Made by a program: the position numbers and the translations under genes. A stretch of 64,000 nucleotides of DNA. Origin: Mobula hypostoma (lineage: Eukaryota). A model generated the notes under the pieces. It ran no database searches and was not told where the DNA came from. It worked only from the letters and a program-made list of their open reading frames with translations. Below are positions 50,152 to 63,229 of the stretch, one piece after another; the stretch's first letter is position 1, and each line of letters opens with the position of its first letter. The stretch is from contig NC_086097.1 of assembly GCF_963921235.1 (NCBI RefSeq), positions 217,684,001 through 217,748,000 of the forward strand, read 5' to 3'.

Positions 50152-53100
50152 CTCAACCTTCTACGTTTGGCCTCACCAATGCCTTGTACAATTTCAACAT
50201 TACATCCCGACTCCTATACTCAATGCTCCGATTTATAAAGGCCAGCATACCAAAGGCTTTCTTCACCACCCTATCCACATAATATTCCACCTTCAGGGAA
50301 CTATGCACCATTATTCCTGTGTTCTACTGCATTCTTCAATGCCCTCCCATTTGCCATGTATGTCCTATTTTGATCAGTCCTACCAAAATGTAGCACCTCA
50401 CATTTATCAGCATTAAACTCCATCTGCCATCTCTCAGCCCACTCTTCTAACTGGCCTAAATCTCTCTGCAAGCTTTGAAAACCTATTTCATCATCCACAA
50501 CGCCACCTATCTTAGTATCATCTGCATACTTACCAATCCAATTTACCACCCCATCATCCAGATCATTAATGTATATGACAAACAACATTGGACCCAGTAC
50601 AGATCCCTGAGGCACACCACTAGTCACCGGCCTCCAACCTGACAAACAGTTATCCACCACTACTCTCTGGTGTTTCCCATCTAGCCACTGCTGAATCCAT
50701 TTTACTACTTCGATATTAATACCTAACGATTGAACCTTCCTAAATAACCTTCCGCGTGGAACCTTGTCAAAGGCCTTACTGAAGTCCATATAGACAACAT
50801 CCACCGCTTTACCCTCGTCAACTTTCCTAGTAACCTCTTCAAAAAATTCAATAAGATTTGTCAAACATGACCTTCCACGCACAATCCACTTTGACTGTTC
50901 CTGATCAGACCCTGTCTATCCAGATAATTATATATACCATCTCTAAGAATACTTTCCATCAACTTACCCACCACTGATGTCAAACTCACAGGCTGATAAC
51001 TGCTAGGTTTACTCTTAGAACCCTTTTTAAACAATGGAACAACATAAGCAATACACCAATCCTCCGGCACCATCCCCATTTCTAATGACATTTAAAATAT
51101 TTCTGTCAGAGCTCCTGCTATTTCCACACTAACTTCCCTCAAGGTCCAAGGGAATATCCTGGCAGGACCCGGAGACTTATCGACTTTTATGTTCTTTAAA
51201 AGTGCCAGTACTTCATCTTCTTTAATCATCATAGTTTCCATAACTTCCCTACCTGTTTCCCTTATCTTACACAATTCAATATCCTTCTCCTTCGTGAATA
51301 TCGAAGAAAAGAAATTGTTCAGAATCTCCCCCATCTCTTTTGGCTCCACACATAGCTGTCCACTCTGATTCTCTAAGGGACCAATTTTATCCCTCACTAT
51401 CCTTTTGCTATTAATATAACTGTAGAAACCCTTGGGATTTATTTTCACCTTACTTGCCAAAGCAACCTCATTTCTTCTTTGAGCTTTCCTAATTTCTTTC
51501 TTAAGATTCTTTTACATTCTTTATATTCCTCGAGCACCTCATTTACTCCATGCTGCCTATATTTACTGTAGATACCTCTCTTTTTTCGAACCAAGTTTCC
51601 AATATCCCTTGAAAACCATGGCTCTCTCAAACTTTTAACCTTTCCTTTCAACCTAACACAAACATAAAGATTCTGTACTCTCAAAATTTCACCTTTAAAT
51701 TACCTTCATTTCTCTATTACATTCTTCCCATAAAACAAATTGTCCCAATCCACCTCTTGTAAATTCTTTCACATCTCCTTAAAGTTAGCCTTTCTCCAAT
51801 CCAAAATCTCAACCCCGGGTTCAGACCTATCCTTCTCCATAATTATATTGAAACTAATAGCATTGTGATCACTGGACCCGAAGTGCTCCCCAACACAAAC
51901 CTGCGTCACCTGACCTACTCATTCCCTAACAGGAGATCCAACACTGCCTCTTCTCTTGTTGGTACCTCTATGTATTGCTGCAAAAAAACTATCCTGTACA
52001 CATTTTACAAACTCCAAACCATCCAGCTCTTTTACAGTATGGGCTTCCCAGTCTATGTGTGGAAAATTAAAATCTCCCACAATCACAACCTTGTGCTTAC
52101 TACAAATATCTGCTATCTCCTTACAAATTTGCTCCTTCAATTCTCGCTCCCCATTTGGCGGTCTATAATACACCCCCATAAGTGTTACTACACCTTTCCC
52201 ATTCCTCAATTCCACCCAAATAGCCTCCCTAGATGAGCCCTCTAGTCTATCCTGCTAGGGCACCGCTGTAATAATTTCTCTGACAAGCAATGCAACACCT
52301 CCCCTTCTTGTCCCTCCGATTCTATCACACGTGAAGTAACGAAATCCAGGAATATTTAGTTGCCAATCACACCCCTCCTGTAATCATATTTCACTAATAG
52401 CTACCACATCATACTTCCAGGTATCAATCCATGTTTTAAGCTCATCCACCTTTCTTATAATGCTCCTAGCATTAAAATAAATGTATTTAAGAAATTTTCC
52501 ACCCCTTACTCTCTGTTTATCACTAATGGTGCAAACAACTTTACTATTTTCTTTTTCTTCCTTCTCCCCTACATCTGTTCCTACACTCTGGTTCCGCTTC
52601 CCCCTTGTATCTAGTTTAAATCCACCGGAGCCTCTCTAGCAAACCTACCTGCAAGAATATTTGCCCCTTCTAGTTCAGATGTAAACCATCCCGCCGGAAC
52701 AGGTCCCTGGAAAATTGCCCAATTATCTATAAATCTGAAGCCCTCCCTCCTGCACCATGTCTTCAGCCACATGTTGATCTGTGCTATCTTACTATTTCTA
52801 AACCCGCCTGCACATGGCACTGGTAGCAGTCCTGAGATTGCTATCCTGGAGGTCCTGTCCTTTAACTTGGCACCTAACTCCCTAAACTTACCTTTCAGGA
52901 CCTCCTCACTCTTCCCACCTACGCCATTGGTGTATGGACCACGACATCCAGCTGCTCACCCTCCCTCTTGAACTCGATCCGAGATATCGCGGACCTTGGC
53001 ACCAGGGAGGCAACAGACCATCCGGGATTCTTGATCTCTTCCACAGAACCTCTTATCTGTCCCCCAGCAATCGAATCCCCTGTCACTACTGCTCTCCTCT

Positions 53101-53456
53101 TTTCCCTCCTTCCCTTCTGAGTTGAGGGTCCCATCACGGTGCCAGAGACGCAACCACTGCAACTTGTCCCTGGTAGGTCGGCTCCATCAACAGTATCCAA
53201 AACTATGTACTTATTATTGGTGGGAACGACCACAGGGGTGCTCTGCTCATTCTGTCTATTCCCCTTCCCTCTCCTGACAGTCACCCAGCTACCTGTCTCC
53301 TGACTCTTAGGGGTGACTATCTCCCTGTAACTCCTGTTTATTTCTGCCTCTGCCTCCCAAATGATCCAAAGTTCATCCAGCTCCAGCTCCAGTTCCCTAA
53401 CTCGGTTTGTCAGGAGCTGCAGCTGGATGCACCTTTCGCAGGTGTAGTCATCAGGA
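50152..53456 (-). mobile_element. CR1 LINE (ORF1 to RT), host of the nested element
   Basis: GVPQGSVLGP, KYADDTK, YMDFSKAFD, GVYYRPPN, VGDFNFP and ORF1 esterase fragments. Confidence 0.9.
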
Positions 53457-53747
53457 GGCTATACAAGAGAGGATTTTACATATATATGGACTTTTCAAAA
53501 GATTAAAGTTAAGTTAGGATAAGGACAAAAGTCTAAGAGCAGTGAGTAATTATTTTTCAGAACAGAGAAAATAATTCTATGTGTTCTCCTGCAGTTGATA
53601 TTAAGGTAAGTATGGCTGATATTAAGATATTATTAGTCATAATTATATTATATTAAGACAACTGATTAATGTAACTGATATTACTAAGATAATATTGGCT
53701 GATATTAAGATATTTTAAATTTTACCTTGAAGTAAAATATTTTAAGA

Positions 53748-53945
53748 GCAACACACAGAATGGTGGAGGAACTCAGCAGGCCAGACAGCATCTGTGGAAA
53801 AGAGACTGATGAGTCCTGCTGAAGGGTTTCGGCCTGAAACATCAACTGCACTCTTTTCCATAGCTGCTGCCTGGCCTGCTGAGTTCCTCCAGCATTCTGT
53901 GTGTGTTACTTGGATTTCCAGCATCTCCAGATTTTCTCTCGTTTG
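53748..53945. mobile_element. Miniature PLE-derived inverted repeat with a hammerhead motif (53812-53847, plus) in the loop
   Basis: Arms ~53750-53803 and 53851-53907; AGTC-CTGCTGA-AGGGTTTCGGCCT-GAAAC-ATC-AACT. Confidence 0.8.
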
Positions 53946-55369
53946 TAATATTTTAAAACTTGTTTTATAATAAGAGAACTTTAAATTAAGTTTTATTTTA
54001 GACTAAGATAGTTTAAAATAGTTGATTAGACTAGTGCTATTATTTTAATATCAATATCTTGTTAAAATTATGGAGATGCTTAGGTGATGAAAATAGTAGC
54101 ATTAATTCAATCAACTATTAGAGATCCAAATGCATACTAGTTATGGTTACTGGCCAAGAAATCCTGAGGTATATACTAATAGTCTGTAGAGAATAGTGGT
54201 GAAAGGATACATGTTATTATTGTGATGTATGTTATTGGCCTGGACTTGAGTACATAGGGATAATCTCAAAGTTTGCTGTTGATATGCAACTTGGAGATGC
54301 AGTAAGTAATCGAGCAAGTAGGAAGCAAGTTCAAATCCTGCTATCACAGAAGTAAACTTTTATTTCTCTAATGCAATTATTTTCAATCCTGTTATTCTCG
54401 AGAGGTGGTAGATGAGCTTTCTTCTGAACTACAGCAGGTTGTCTGGGGAAGGTGCTTTCACTCTGTTTTTTGATAGATAGTTTCAGGAATTAGATCTAGT
54501 GACAAAAAGGAGACTTGAATACAGGTATATTACTGATGCAGGATAATAAGTGATTTGGAATGGAACCGTATGGTATTGTTTCCATGTACCTGGTGATATT
54601 ATTATTCAAGAGTATAAAGTTTGCATATTTGGGAAACACTGCACTGAAGGTTTAGGGTGATGGATGGATTGCCAATTAAATGAGCTGCCTTGTACATAAC
54701 GGTGACCAGTTAATTGAGCATAGTTAGAGTAGCACTTATCCATACAAGTAGAAAGTATGGTCAAGGTGGAATGGCTATGAGGTACCAGGATTTGAATTAT
54801 TCACCACAGGATACCCAGCCTCTATTATTCTCTGAAAGCCACTATATTTATGTGGCAGTTCCAGTTGAGTTCCTAGATAATGGTAACCTCATAGATATTA
54901 ATAGTTGGGGACCCAACAATGATAATGCCTTTGGATATCAAAAGTAGGTGATTAGACTTCTGTTGAAGACGGTCGTTGCCTGTCACCGATGTGGCTTGCA
55001 TGTTGCTTGCCATATATCTGTTCATTATTGAATATTGTCCAGACCTTGCTGTAAGCACGTGTGGACGGTTTTCTAACCCCACTTCTAATTTTGTGTAACA
55101 GGTGGAGATGGCTGTGCAAAAGACTGCCTTGAAGAATTCCTACAGTGATGTGCGGGTCTGGAATGACTGTCCACCTGCAGCTAACTTCCTTTGTGTGAAT
55201 TATGTCCCCAACAACTGGTGTGCTTTCCTCTGATGCTTATGACCCCAGCTTTAACATGGATCCTTGAATGCCACCTTGACATCAAGGGCAATAATCTTCA
55301 TATTGCCTCTGGATTTCAGCTATTTGTGCACATCAGTAAATCATTTCATTGTTTGTGTGTATCAGTGAA

Positions 55370-57900
55370 TAGGTGCACATAGTATAAGGAATAAGGTAGA
55401 CAATCTTGTAGCGCATTTAGAGATTCCAGGTATGACGTTGTGGGCATCACTGAGACGTGGCAGAAAGAAGATCATAGTTGACAGCTTAACAGTCAAGGAT
55501 TCACCTTGTATCAAAGGGACAGGCAGGCAGGCAGAGGGGGTGGAGTGACTGTTGATAAAAAAATGAAATCAAATCCTAAGAAAGAGGTGACATAGGATCA
55601 GAAGATGTAGAATCCTTGTGGATAGAGTTAGAAACTGCAAGGGTAAAAGACCCCGATGGAAGTCATATACAGGTCCCCCAAATAGTAGCCAGGATGTGGG
55701 ATATAAATTTCAATGGGAAATAGAAAAGGCATGTAATACGGGGAATGTTATGATGGTCATGGGGAATTTCATTATGGAGGAAGATTGGGAAAAATCAAGT
55801 TGGTGCTGAATCCCAAGAGAGGGAACTTGTGGAATGCCTACAAGATGGCTTTTTAGAGCAGCTTGTGGTTGAGCCCACTAGGAGAAAGGCAATTCCAATT
55901 GGATGTTGTGTAATGAACCAGGGAGCTTAAGGTAAAGGAATCCTTGGGAAGCATTAATTATAATATTGTAGAATTCACCCTGCAGTTTGAAAGGAAGAAG
56001 ATAAAGTCAGATATATGAGTATTACAGTCGACTAAAGGGGCAGAGGCATGACAGAGGTGGCGGCCAGAGTTGAATGGAAGGAGACACTAGCAGGAACGAC
56101 AGCAGAACAGTATTGGCTGGAGATTCTGGGGGTAATTTGGAAGGCATAGGATTGATACATGCCAAAAAAGAAGTATTCTAAAGGGAGGGTGAGGGAGTTG
56201 TGGCTGACCAGGGAAGTCAAAGACAGCATAAAAGCAAAAGTGAGGGCATGTAATATAGCAAAAATTAGTAGGAAGTTAGAGGATTGGGAAACTTTTAAAA
56301 ACCAACAGAAGACAACTAAAAAAAGTCGTAAGGTGAGAAAAGATGAAATATGAAGGTAAGCTAGCCAAAAATATCAAAAGTATACCAAAGTGTTCAGATA
56401 TATAAAGAGAGGTGAGAGTGGATTTTGGATCACTGGAAAATGATGCTGGAGTGATAGTAATGGGGGGGGGGGAGGTGGAAACAAAGAAATGGAGGACAAA
56501 CTTAAGTATTTTGTGTTAGCCTTCACTGTGGAAGACACTAGCAGCATGCCAGGAATTTGGGAATGTCACGGGGCAGGCAGAAGTGAGAGTAGTTGTAACC
56601 TACATTTTCATGAATGTCATTTATATACATGACAAATAGCAGAGGTCCCAGTATGGTAAATCTGTTGGAATTCTTTGAGGAAATAGAAGGCAGGATAAAC
56701 AAAGGATAGTCAGTGGATGTTGTTTATTTGAATGTTGTTTACTTGGATTTTTAGAAGGCTATTGATAAGGCACCACACATGAGGTTGCTTAACAAGATAA
56801 GAGCACATGATATTACTGGAAAAATACTCGTTTATTCATGATGTGCTGTGTCAAATGATGTGAGCGATCATGCTCTTTCCATGACCATGATTGTTCTTGG
56901 CAAATTTTTCTACAGAAGTGGTTTGCCATTGCTTTCTTCTGGGCAGTGTCTTTACAAGACAGGTAAACCCAAGCCATTATTAATACTCTTCAGAGATTGT
57001 CTGCCTGGCGTCAGTGGTACGTGATATGCACTAGTTGCTCATATGACTAAGCTCCACCTGCTCCCATGACTTCACATGACCCTGCTCAGGGGTCTAAGCA
57101 GGTGCTACATCTTACCCAAAAGGGTGACCTGCAGACTAGTAGAGGGAAGGAGCACATTACACCTACTTTGATAGAGAAATATCTTCTCCCCACCACCACA
57201 AAAGATACTAGCATGGATAGAAGATTGGCTGATTGGCAGGAGGCAAAGTGTTAGAATAAAGGTACCCCTTCTGGTTGTCTGCCATGACAAGTGGTATTCC
57301 ACAGGGGTTGGTATTGGGGCCACTTCTTTTCACATTACATTTCAACGATTTAAATTGATGGCTTTGTAGCCTATTTGCAGACAATATAAAGAAAGGTGGA
57401 GGAGCAGGCATTGTTGAGGAAGTAGGGAGTCTGCAGAAGGACTTGAACAGATTAGGAATCTGGCCAAGGAAGTGGCAGATGGAGTATAGTGTAGGTAAGC
57501 GTATGGTCATGCAATTTGGTAGAAGGAATAAAGGCATAGGCTATTTTCTAAATGGGAAGAAAATTCAAAACTCAAAGGTGCAAAAGGACTTGGAAGTCTA
57601 GGACCAGACGGCACAGCTGTAGAATAGAGGGGTGTCCATTTAGAACAGAGATGAGAAGGGATTTATTTACCCTGAGGGTGGTAAATCTGTGGAATTCATT
57701 GCCACAGATGGCTGTGGAGAACAAGTCATTGAGAATATTTAAAGCTGAAGTTGATAGATTCTTAGTTAGTCAGGATGTGAAAGGCTACGGAGAGAATGGT
57801 GTTGAGTGGGATAATAAATCAATCATGATGGAATGGCAGAGCAGACTCTATGGGCAGAGTGGCCTAATTCTGCTCCTACTTTATGTCTTACGGTCTTATA
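55370..57900 (+). mobile_element. CR1 ORF2, degraded and internally deleted
   Basis: DVVGITET, GPPNSSQDVG, WLTREVKDSIK and RVVNLWNSLP. Confidence 0.85.
56832..57199 (-). mobile_element. SINE-like insertion with an RTE-type 3' tail, nested in CR1
   Basis: cagaagtggtttgccattgctttcttc resembles RTE/BovB-type SINE tails; the flanks repeat AAA(A/G)ATACT. Confidence 0.55.
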
Positions 57901-58227
57901 CTTATTAGTGTTACTGGATAGGCCTGACATCAACTTTTTCTATCTGTTCACTTTTTACTCAGAGTAACCTAACTGAGCTACAATTAGCTGGATTGAGACT
58001 TACTACCATTTGTCCATCTCTGGTTTTCTGTATCCTTTTGCTGTTCTATGAATAAGAGAAACATTGGACAATATTTTAGAGAACATTAATTGATGGTAAC
58101 AATGAAGAAAATGTATCAAATTACATCAAAATGTGAGCAAAAATCGCAAATGCAAGAAATCAGAAACAAACAGAAAATGCTAGAGCTCTAAGCAAGTCAG
58201 GCTGTATTAGTGGTGAAAGTTATTGAA

Positions 58228-59340
58228 CAGTATATTTAACATTTCAGTAATATTTGAGTAATATTGTAAATATACTGTTTCATTAAGCATTGTTTGATGT
58301 TTACACAATGCATTGCAGGTTAAAAGTACGTAAATGGCTTACATCATTATGGCACCACATCATAGAAACATAGAAACATAGAAAATAGGTGCAGGAGTAG
58401 GCCATTTGGCCCTTCGAGCCTGCACCGCCATTTATTATGATCATGGCTGATCATCCAACTCAGAACCCCGCCCCAGCCTTCCCTCCATACCCCCTGACCC
58501 CTGTAGCCACAAGGGCCATATCTAACTCCCTCTTAAACATAGCCAATGAACTGGCCTCAACAGTTTGCTGTGGCAGAGAATTCCACAGATTCACCACTCT
58601 CTGTGTGAAGAAGTTTTTCCTAATCTCGGTCCTAAAAGGCTTCCCCTCTATCCTCAAACTCTGACCCCTCGTTCTGGACTTCCCCAACATCGGGAACAAT
58701 CTTCCTGCATCTAGCCTGTCCAATCCCTTTAGGATCTTATACGTTTCAATCAGATCCCTCCTCAATCTTCTAAATTCCAACGAGTACAAGCCCAGTTCAT
58801 CCAGTCTTTCTTCATATGAAAGTCCTGCCATCCCAAGAATCAATCTGGTGAACCTTCTTTGTACTCCCTCTATGGCAAAGATGTCTTTCCTCAGATTAGG
58901 GGACCAAAACTGCACACAATACTCCAGGTGTGGTCTCACCAAGGCCTTGTACAACTGCAGTAGTACTTCCCTGCTCCTGTACTCGAATCCTCTCGCTATA
59001 AATGCCAGCATACCATTCGCCTTTTTCACCGCCTGCTGTACCTGCATGCCCACTTTCAATGACTGGTGTATAATGACACCCAGGTCTCGTTGTACCTCCC
59101 CTTTTCCTAATCGGCCACCATTCAGATAATAATCTGTTTTCCTATTTTTGTGCATGCCTCATTTAAAGTAAAAACAAAGTTAGACTCGCATTCCCGGCTC
59201 CCTTGTTTTCCCTTCAATTAGTTTTTTATGTTTTGGAGTTACAAAACATAACAGCAGTGACAAGGAAGTTTTAAACACACTTGAGACAACTACCTACCTG
59301 TTGAAGCTCAGCGTGATGTTTGAGTTCAAAAAAAAAGCAC
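58228..59340 (+). mobile_element. Gypsy-like LTR with PBS and leader, split by a CR1 insertion
   Basis: 58228-58361 and 59150-59252 resemble the reverse complement of 60459-60638; ends ...ATAACA followed by PBS-like GCAGTGACAAGGA. Confidence 0.6.
58362..59150 (-). mobile_element. Young CR1 3' end
   Basis: Uninterrupted 231-aa ORF 58460-59155 (VRPHLEYCVQFWSP...FFTQRVVNLWN); (CATAGAAA)n tail. Confidence 0.92.
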
Positions 59341-59660
59341 AAGAAGATGTTCCTTATCATCCTTACCGGTAACATTGAGTACCTGGGCAGCTTTGCAGTA
59401 CCTGGTCCATAATTTCTGCCAGAATGTAGGTGCAGATGCTACTCCATAAATAAGCCTATTATAGTGATAAAGCCATATATGATTATTTATGGTGAGAAAC
59501 ATTTTGGACTGTTCTTCCATCTCCATCTGTGGGTGGGCCTCAGCTATGTCAACTTTGCTTAAGTGTTTCCTCCAGAAAGGTTTGCAAAGATATCCTTTAT
59601 CCTAGGCGGAGGGTATTGATCTACTTTCAGTACTGTGTTGATGGTGACCTTAAAATCACC
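59341..59660 (-). mobile_element. Gypsy LTR-retrotransposon RT fragment
   Basis: FLTINNH..LYHYNRLIYGVASAPTFWQ, a typical Gypsy RT motif. Confidence 0.75.
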
Positions 59661-59699
59661 ACAGATCCTGACAGACCCATCCTTCTTGGCTACTGGGAC

Positions 59700-60421
59700 C
59701 ACTGGCATTGCCCTTGACCTCCACTCAACCTTGAAAAGAATTTCCTCGCCTGACAGTCACCAATTTATCTGTCTCCTGTAGCCTTGTGGTGACTACCTCC
59801 CTGTAGCTCCTGTGTATGCCTCCTTCACTTTCCCTAATGGGGCATAAGTCATCGAGCTACAGCTCCAGTTCCCTAACACGGTCTCTAAGGAGCTGAATCT
59901 TGATGCACCTGGGTGCAGATGCGGCCATCAGCGAGGCTGGAAATCCCACATCTGACACCCAGAGCAGAACACTAGCTCTGTAGACACCTCCTATTTAAAT
60001 AAGAAATAAGAAATAAAGAATGAACTTACTTACTTATCTTGCCTCCACCTGTTCTCACTGAAAGCTTGTTGAGCCAAAGCCTTACTACTCTGCTTCAGGT
60101 TACTCCGACGACAACTGCTCCCACAATGATCACTCCATTAGGTGGTACCCCTCTTTTATAGAGACTGTTATTTAAAAAAAAACTCTTTGCCAGACCTGTA
60201 CGGTAATGCTTTCGTTGTGTCTGTGCAGTACGCCAATCAACAACCCCTGTTGAAAAACTTCCTGCTTTTGAAGCTCTTTGCCGGACCCATACGCGAATGC
60301 TTCTGTTGTGTCTGCGCAGTTCTCCAAATGACGACTCCCGTTGAAAAACTTCCTGCTTTTTAACTCTTTGCTGGACCTGCACGGGAACACTTCCGTTGCA
60401 TCTGCACAATACTCCAATCAA
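59700..60421 (-). mobile_element. CR1 5' end (ORF1 start and 5' UTR)
   Basis: agctccagttccctaacacgg...gatgcacc matches the ORF1 N-terminus of other CR1s (44810, 53380). Confidence 0.65.
60178..60421. repeat. ~90-bp tandem repeat, about 2.7 copies
   Basis: CTCTTTGC anchors at 60183, 60274 and 60364; GTTGAAAAACTTCCTGCTTTT occurs twice. Confidence 0.85.
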
Positions 60422-60638
60422 GTCATCTCAGGTTTATTTGAAACATCCTTGTCACCACTGTAACAATTTTTAATTCCAAAACATAACTAATTGAAAGACT
60501 TAGTAGTGTGATAACATATGCCATTCATGTACTCTTACCTATAACCTGTAAAGAATTATTTGAGCAAACAAGAATGCTTAATCAAACAATATATTTCCAA
60601 CACTACCCAAATATTACTGAAATATTAAATACACAACA
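60422..60638 (-). mobile_element. Gypsy-like LTR (TG...CA) with PBS
   Basis: Minus strand TGTTGTGTATTTAATATTTCAGTAAT...TGTTACA followed by GTGGTGACAAGGA. Confidence 0.65.
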
Positions 60639-62879
60639 GTTACCTTGACAATTTTTGGTTTGCTCTCTTTTTGCAGACATTTCCTCTGTTCTCTTTACCA
60701 TCACCAACACCCCTCCCCCAACTATCCCACATTCTCGACAACATTAATATTCTTGTATTTTTACTTTTCCAGTTTTGATGAAGTGCTCTTGATTCAAAAT
60801 ATTATTATTTTTGTCCCCACTGTTGAGTGCTTCTCACATTTTCTACTTTTTTTTAAACTGAAGGATGAGATTAAATGTCAGTAGTGGCTGGGCAGATGTA
60901 CTACATAAACCCTGTAGCATCAAGGTGATTTAATGTGAGGAGTAATATGTTGGAGCCTCACAAAGTGAGGAATTGGACACATTATGCAATAGGGGGATGT
61001 AGATAAGTATGCTACTTTTTGGCTCTTCCTTAACTGATTAGATCATACTATCACTGGCTGTGACACAATACTCTTGGTCATAACTTCATGTGTGACTAAA
61101 TCAAGGGTCTGGGTTGGGATATCTGTACTCCATCATCTTAGTTCATTGTTTCTTCCTTGCAGTATGTTGACTTGTCACTTTAAAAAATGGAATTAACATA
61201 AAAGTGTGCACATCATCATCCTGGAAATGATATGCCGAAACGGTGGCCAGATTAACAAGCTGGCGACAGACTACTGCTCTGAATTCTGGGTTTCCCCTCA
61301 CATAGATTTACTGTTCTTGCACATGGGCAAAATTCAACCAAACATTGCAATAGGTAAGTATTATAAACGTAAACCATGAATTATGAATCCTTCATAGCAT
61401 CCACTTGGTTGTCATTAGCCCTGCCAACAGCCTTAACACATTTATCTATTTTAATACAATGGTCAATTCACCGATTCTGTGTTTTGTTTGTAGCAAAAAG
61501 AATTACTTTTTGTTTGTTAGCTGATTACTCAGTAACTTTAAATGGTGATTAATATGAATAAATAGTTCTTTCTGTAAGATAAATAAACATTAATTATGTG
61601 AATAAGCTGGAAATAAATCCTATAAATAATCTATGTCTGCAACAGGCAGTTTACAATTATTGTTCAGAGTGCCTCCAGTTATAAATGTCCAACAATTAAC
61701 CAAACATGTGCTGATTTTTTCTCCCCACTGGGAATGCACAAGTTCATTATTAATAGCATGACATCCAGAATTTGTTTAAGTACTAGTTGTACATAGAAGT
61801 AGTAAAATGGCCTCCTAAGATGTCACATACAATAGACATAGAACATGTTGATAGAGATAAATTCAAAAATTGAAACTTTTAAGACCAAAGTAACCTCTGG
61901 TATTTTTATTCTTGTTTCAAGAATTCTTTGAAACAAGGGTGTGGAATTTGCATATTATCCCAGCAGTTTACCGCTGAATACTCTGGAATCTTCTCACAGA
62001 TCAAATATGTGCATGTCTATAGGATAATTAGCCTTTGTAAATTGCCACCCAAGTGAATGGTCCCATCTGAGATGGCTTTCTGGGGGGTCAGGGGGTGAAG
62101 TGATGGGAATATGAAGAGAAAAAAATGGGACTGGTGTAGGATAGATGAGTGGTCAGTGTGGAATTGGTGGGGTACAGCCTCTTTCCATGCTGAGGTCAGA
62201 ACATCAATTGTCTTTGTTTAAAAGCTATTAAGAACAACTAGACAAGCTACTATAACCAAATCATAGAACCAATATACCTATTCAGATCTTATTTTTAAAT
62301 TTCAACTAAAAATATTAAGAAGACCTACAAATAATTTATATCTGCTGCAGACAGTTCACAATATTGAGATCAAGGCAATCACTTCATTCATTACACATAT
62401 TAATGCAGAAGTACTTATTTGTACCAGATGCACAGAATTTATTTTGTATCTAAACAAGTGTTTGCAGTATCAACTAGTTAGATTTGCTTTTGCTTCTCTG
62501 AGGTGCAAGGGTGGAACCTAATTTGTAGGATGTTAAGCATTTTTATTATTAAACACAAATTGACCAATTTACTCCACTTCCAAAGCCACAACATCTGAAA
62601 ATGCACAGTCTGCCCTGGAAATCTTAATTTAGCACATTAGCACTATGTCATGTCCCAATTTCACTAAGTCAAAATCAAAATACTCTCAAATTTCAGTTTA
62701 AGGAGGGCATCTTGCATAGCTGGAATAAGTACAGATTTTTATAATTCTTGAACATAATGCACATTGAAAAAGCCAGAAACTACAAACAAAATATAGTAAA
62801 ATATTCATACCTATTGTGATGAATTATGACATAATAAACTATTTCCATGATAAAAGAATTTTAACATTTCACTTTAAAA

Positions 62880-63229
62880 ACACTCACACTTTACAACCTC
62901 ACCCCTTCTGAACACTTTGCTCTCCACTTCCTCCGCACTAATCCTAACCTCACCGTCAAAACCGCAGATAAAGGGAATGCTGTAGTAGTCTGGTGGATTG
63001 AACTCTACCTTGCTGAGGCCCAACGACAACTTTCAGATACCTCCTCTTACTTACTCCTCAAAAAGGATCCCTCCAAGGAGCGCCAGGCTATCTTCTCCCA
63101 CACTATCACTGATCTTATTAGCTCTGGGGATCTTCCATTACTGCCACCAACCTCATAGTTCCCGAACTCCGTACCTCCTGTTTCTACCTCTTACCCACGA
63201 TCCACAAATCCGCTTGTCCAGGTAGACCC
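62880..63229 (+). mobile_element. PLE RT N-terminal fragment
   Basis: LRTNPNLTVKTADKGNAVVVW...FYLLPTIHKSACPGRP. Confidence 0.8.

Noticed and set aside
53595..53720. GGCTGATATTAAGATA repeats as regulatory sites
   Set aside because: Looks like an ordinary decayed AT-rich tandem duplication.
60178..60421. CRISPR-like array
   Set aside because: The whole units are similar with no unique spacers; the context is eukaryotic with no cas genes.
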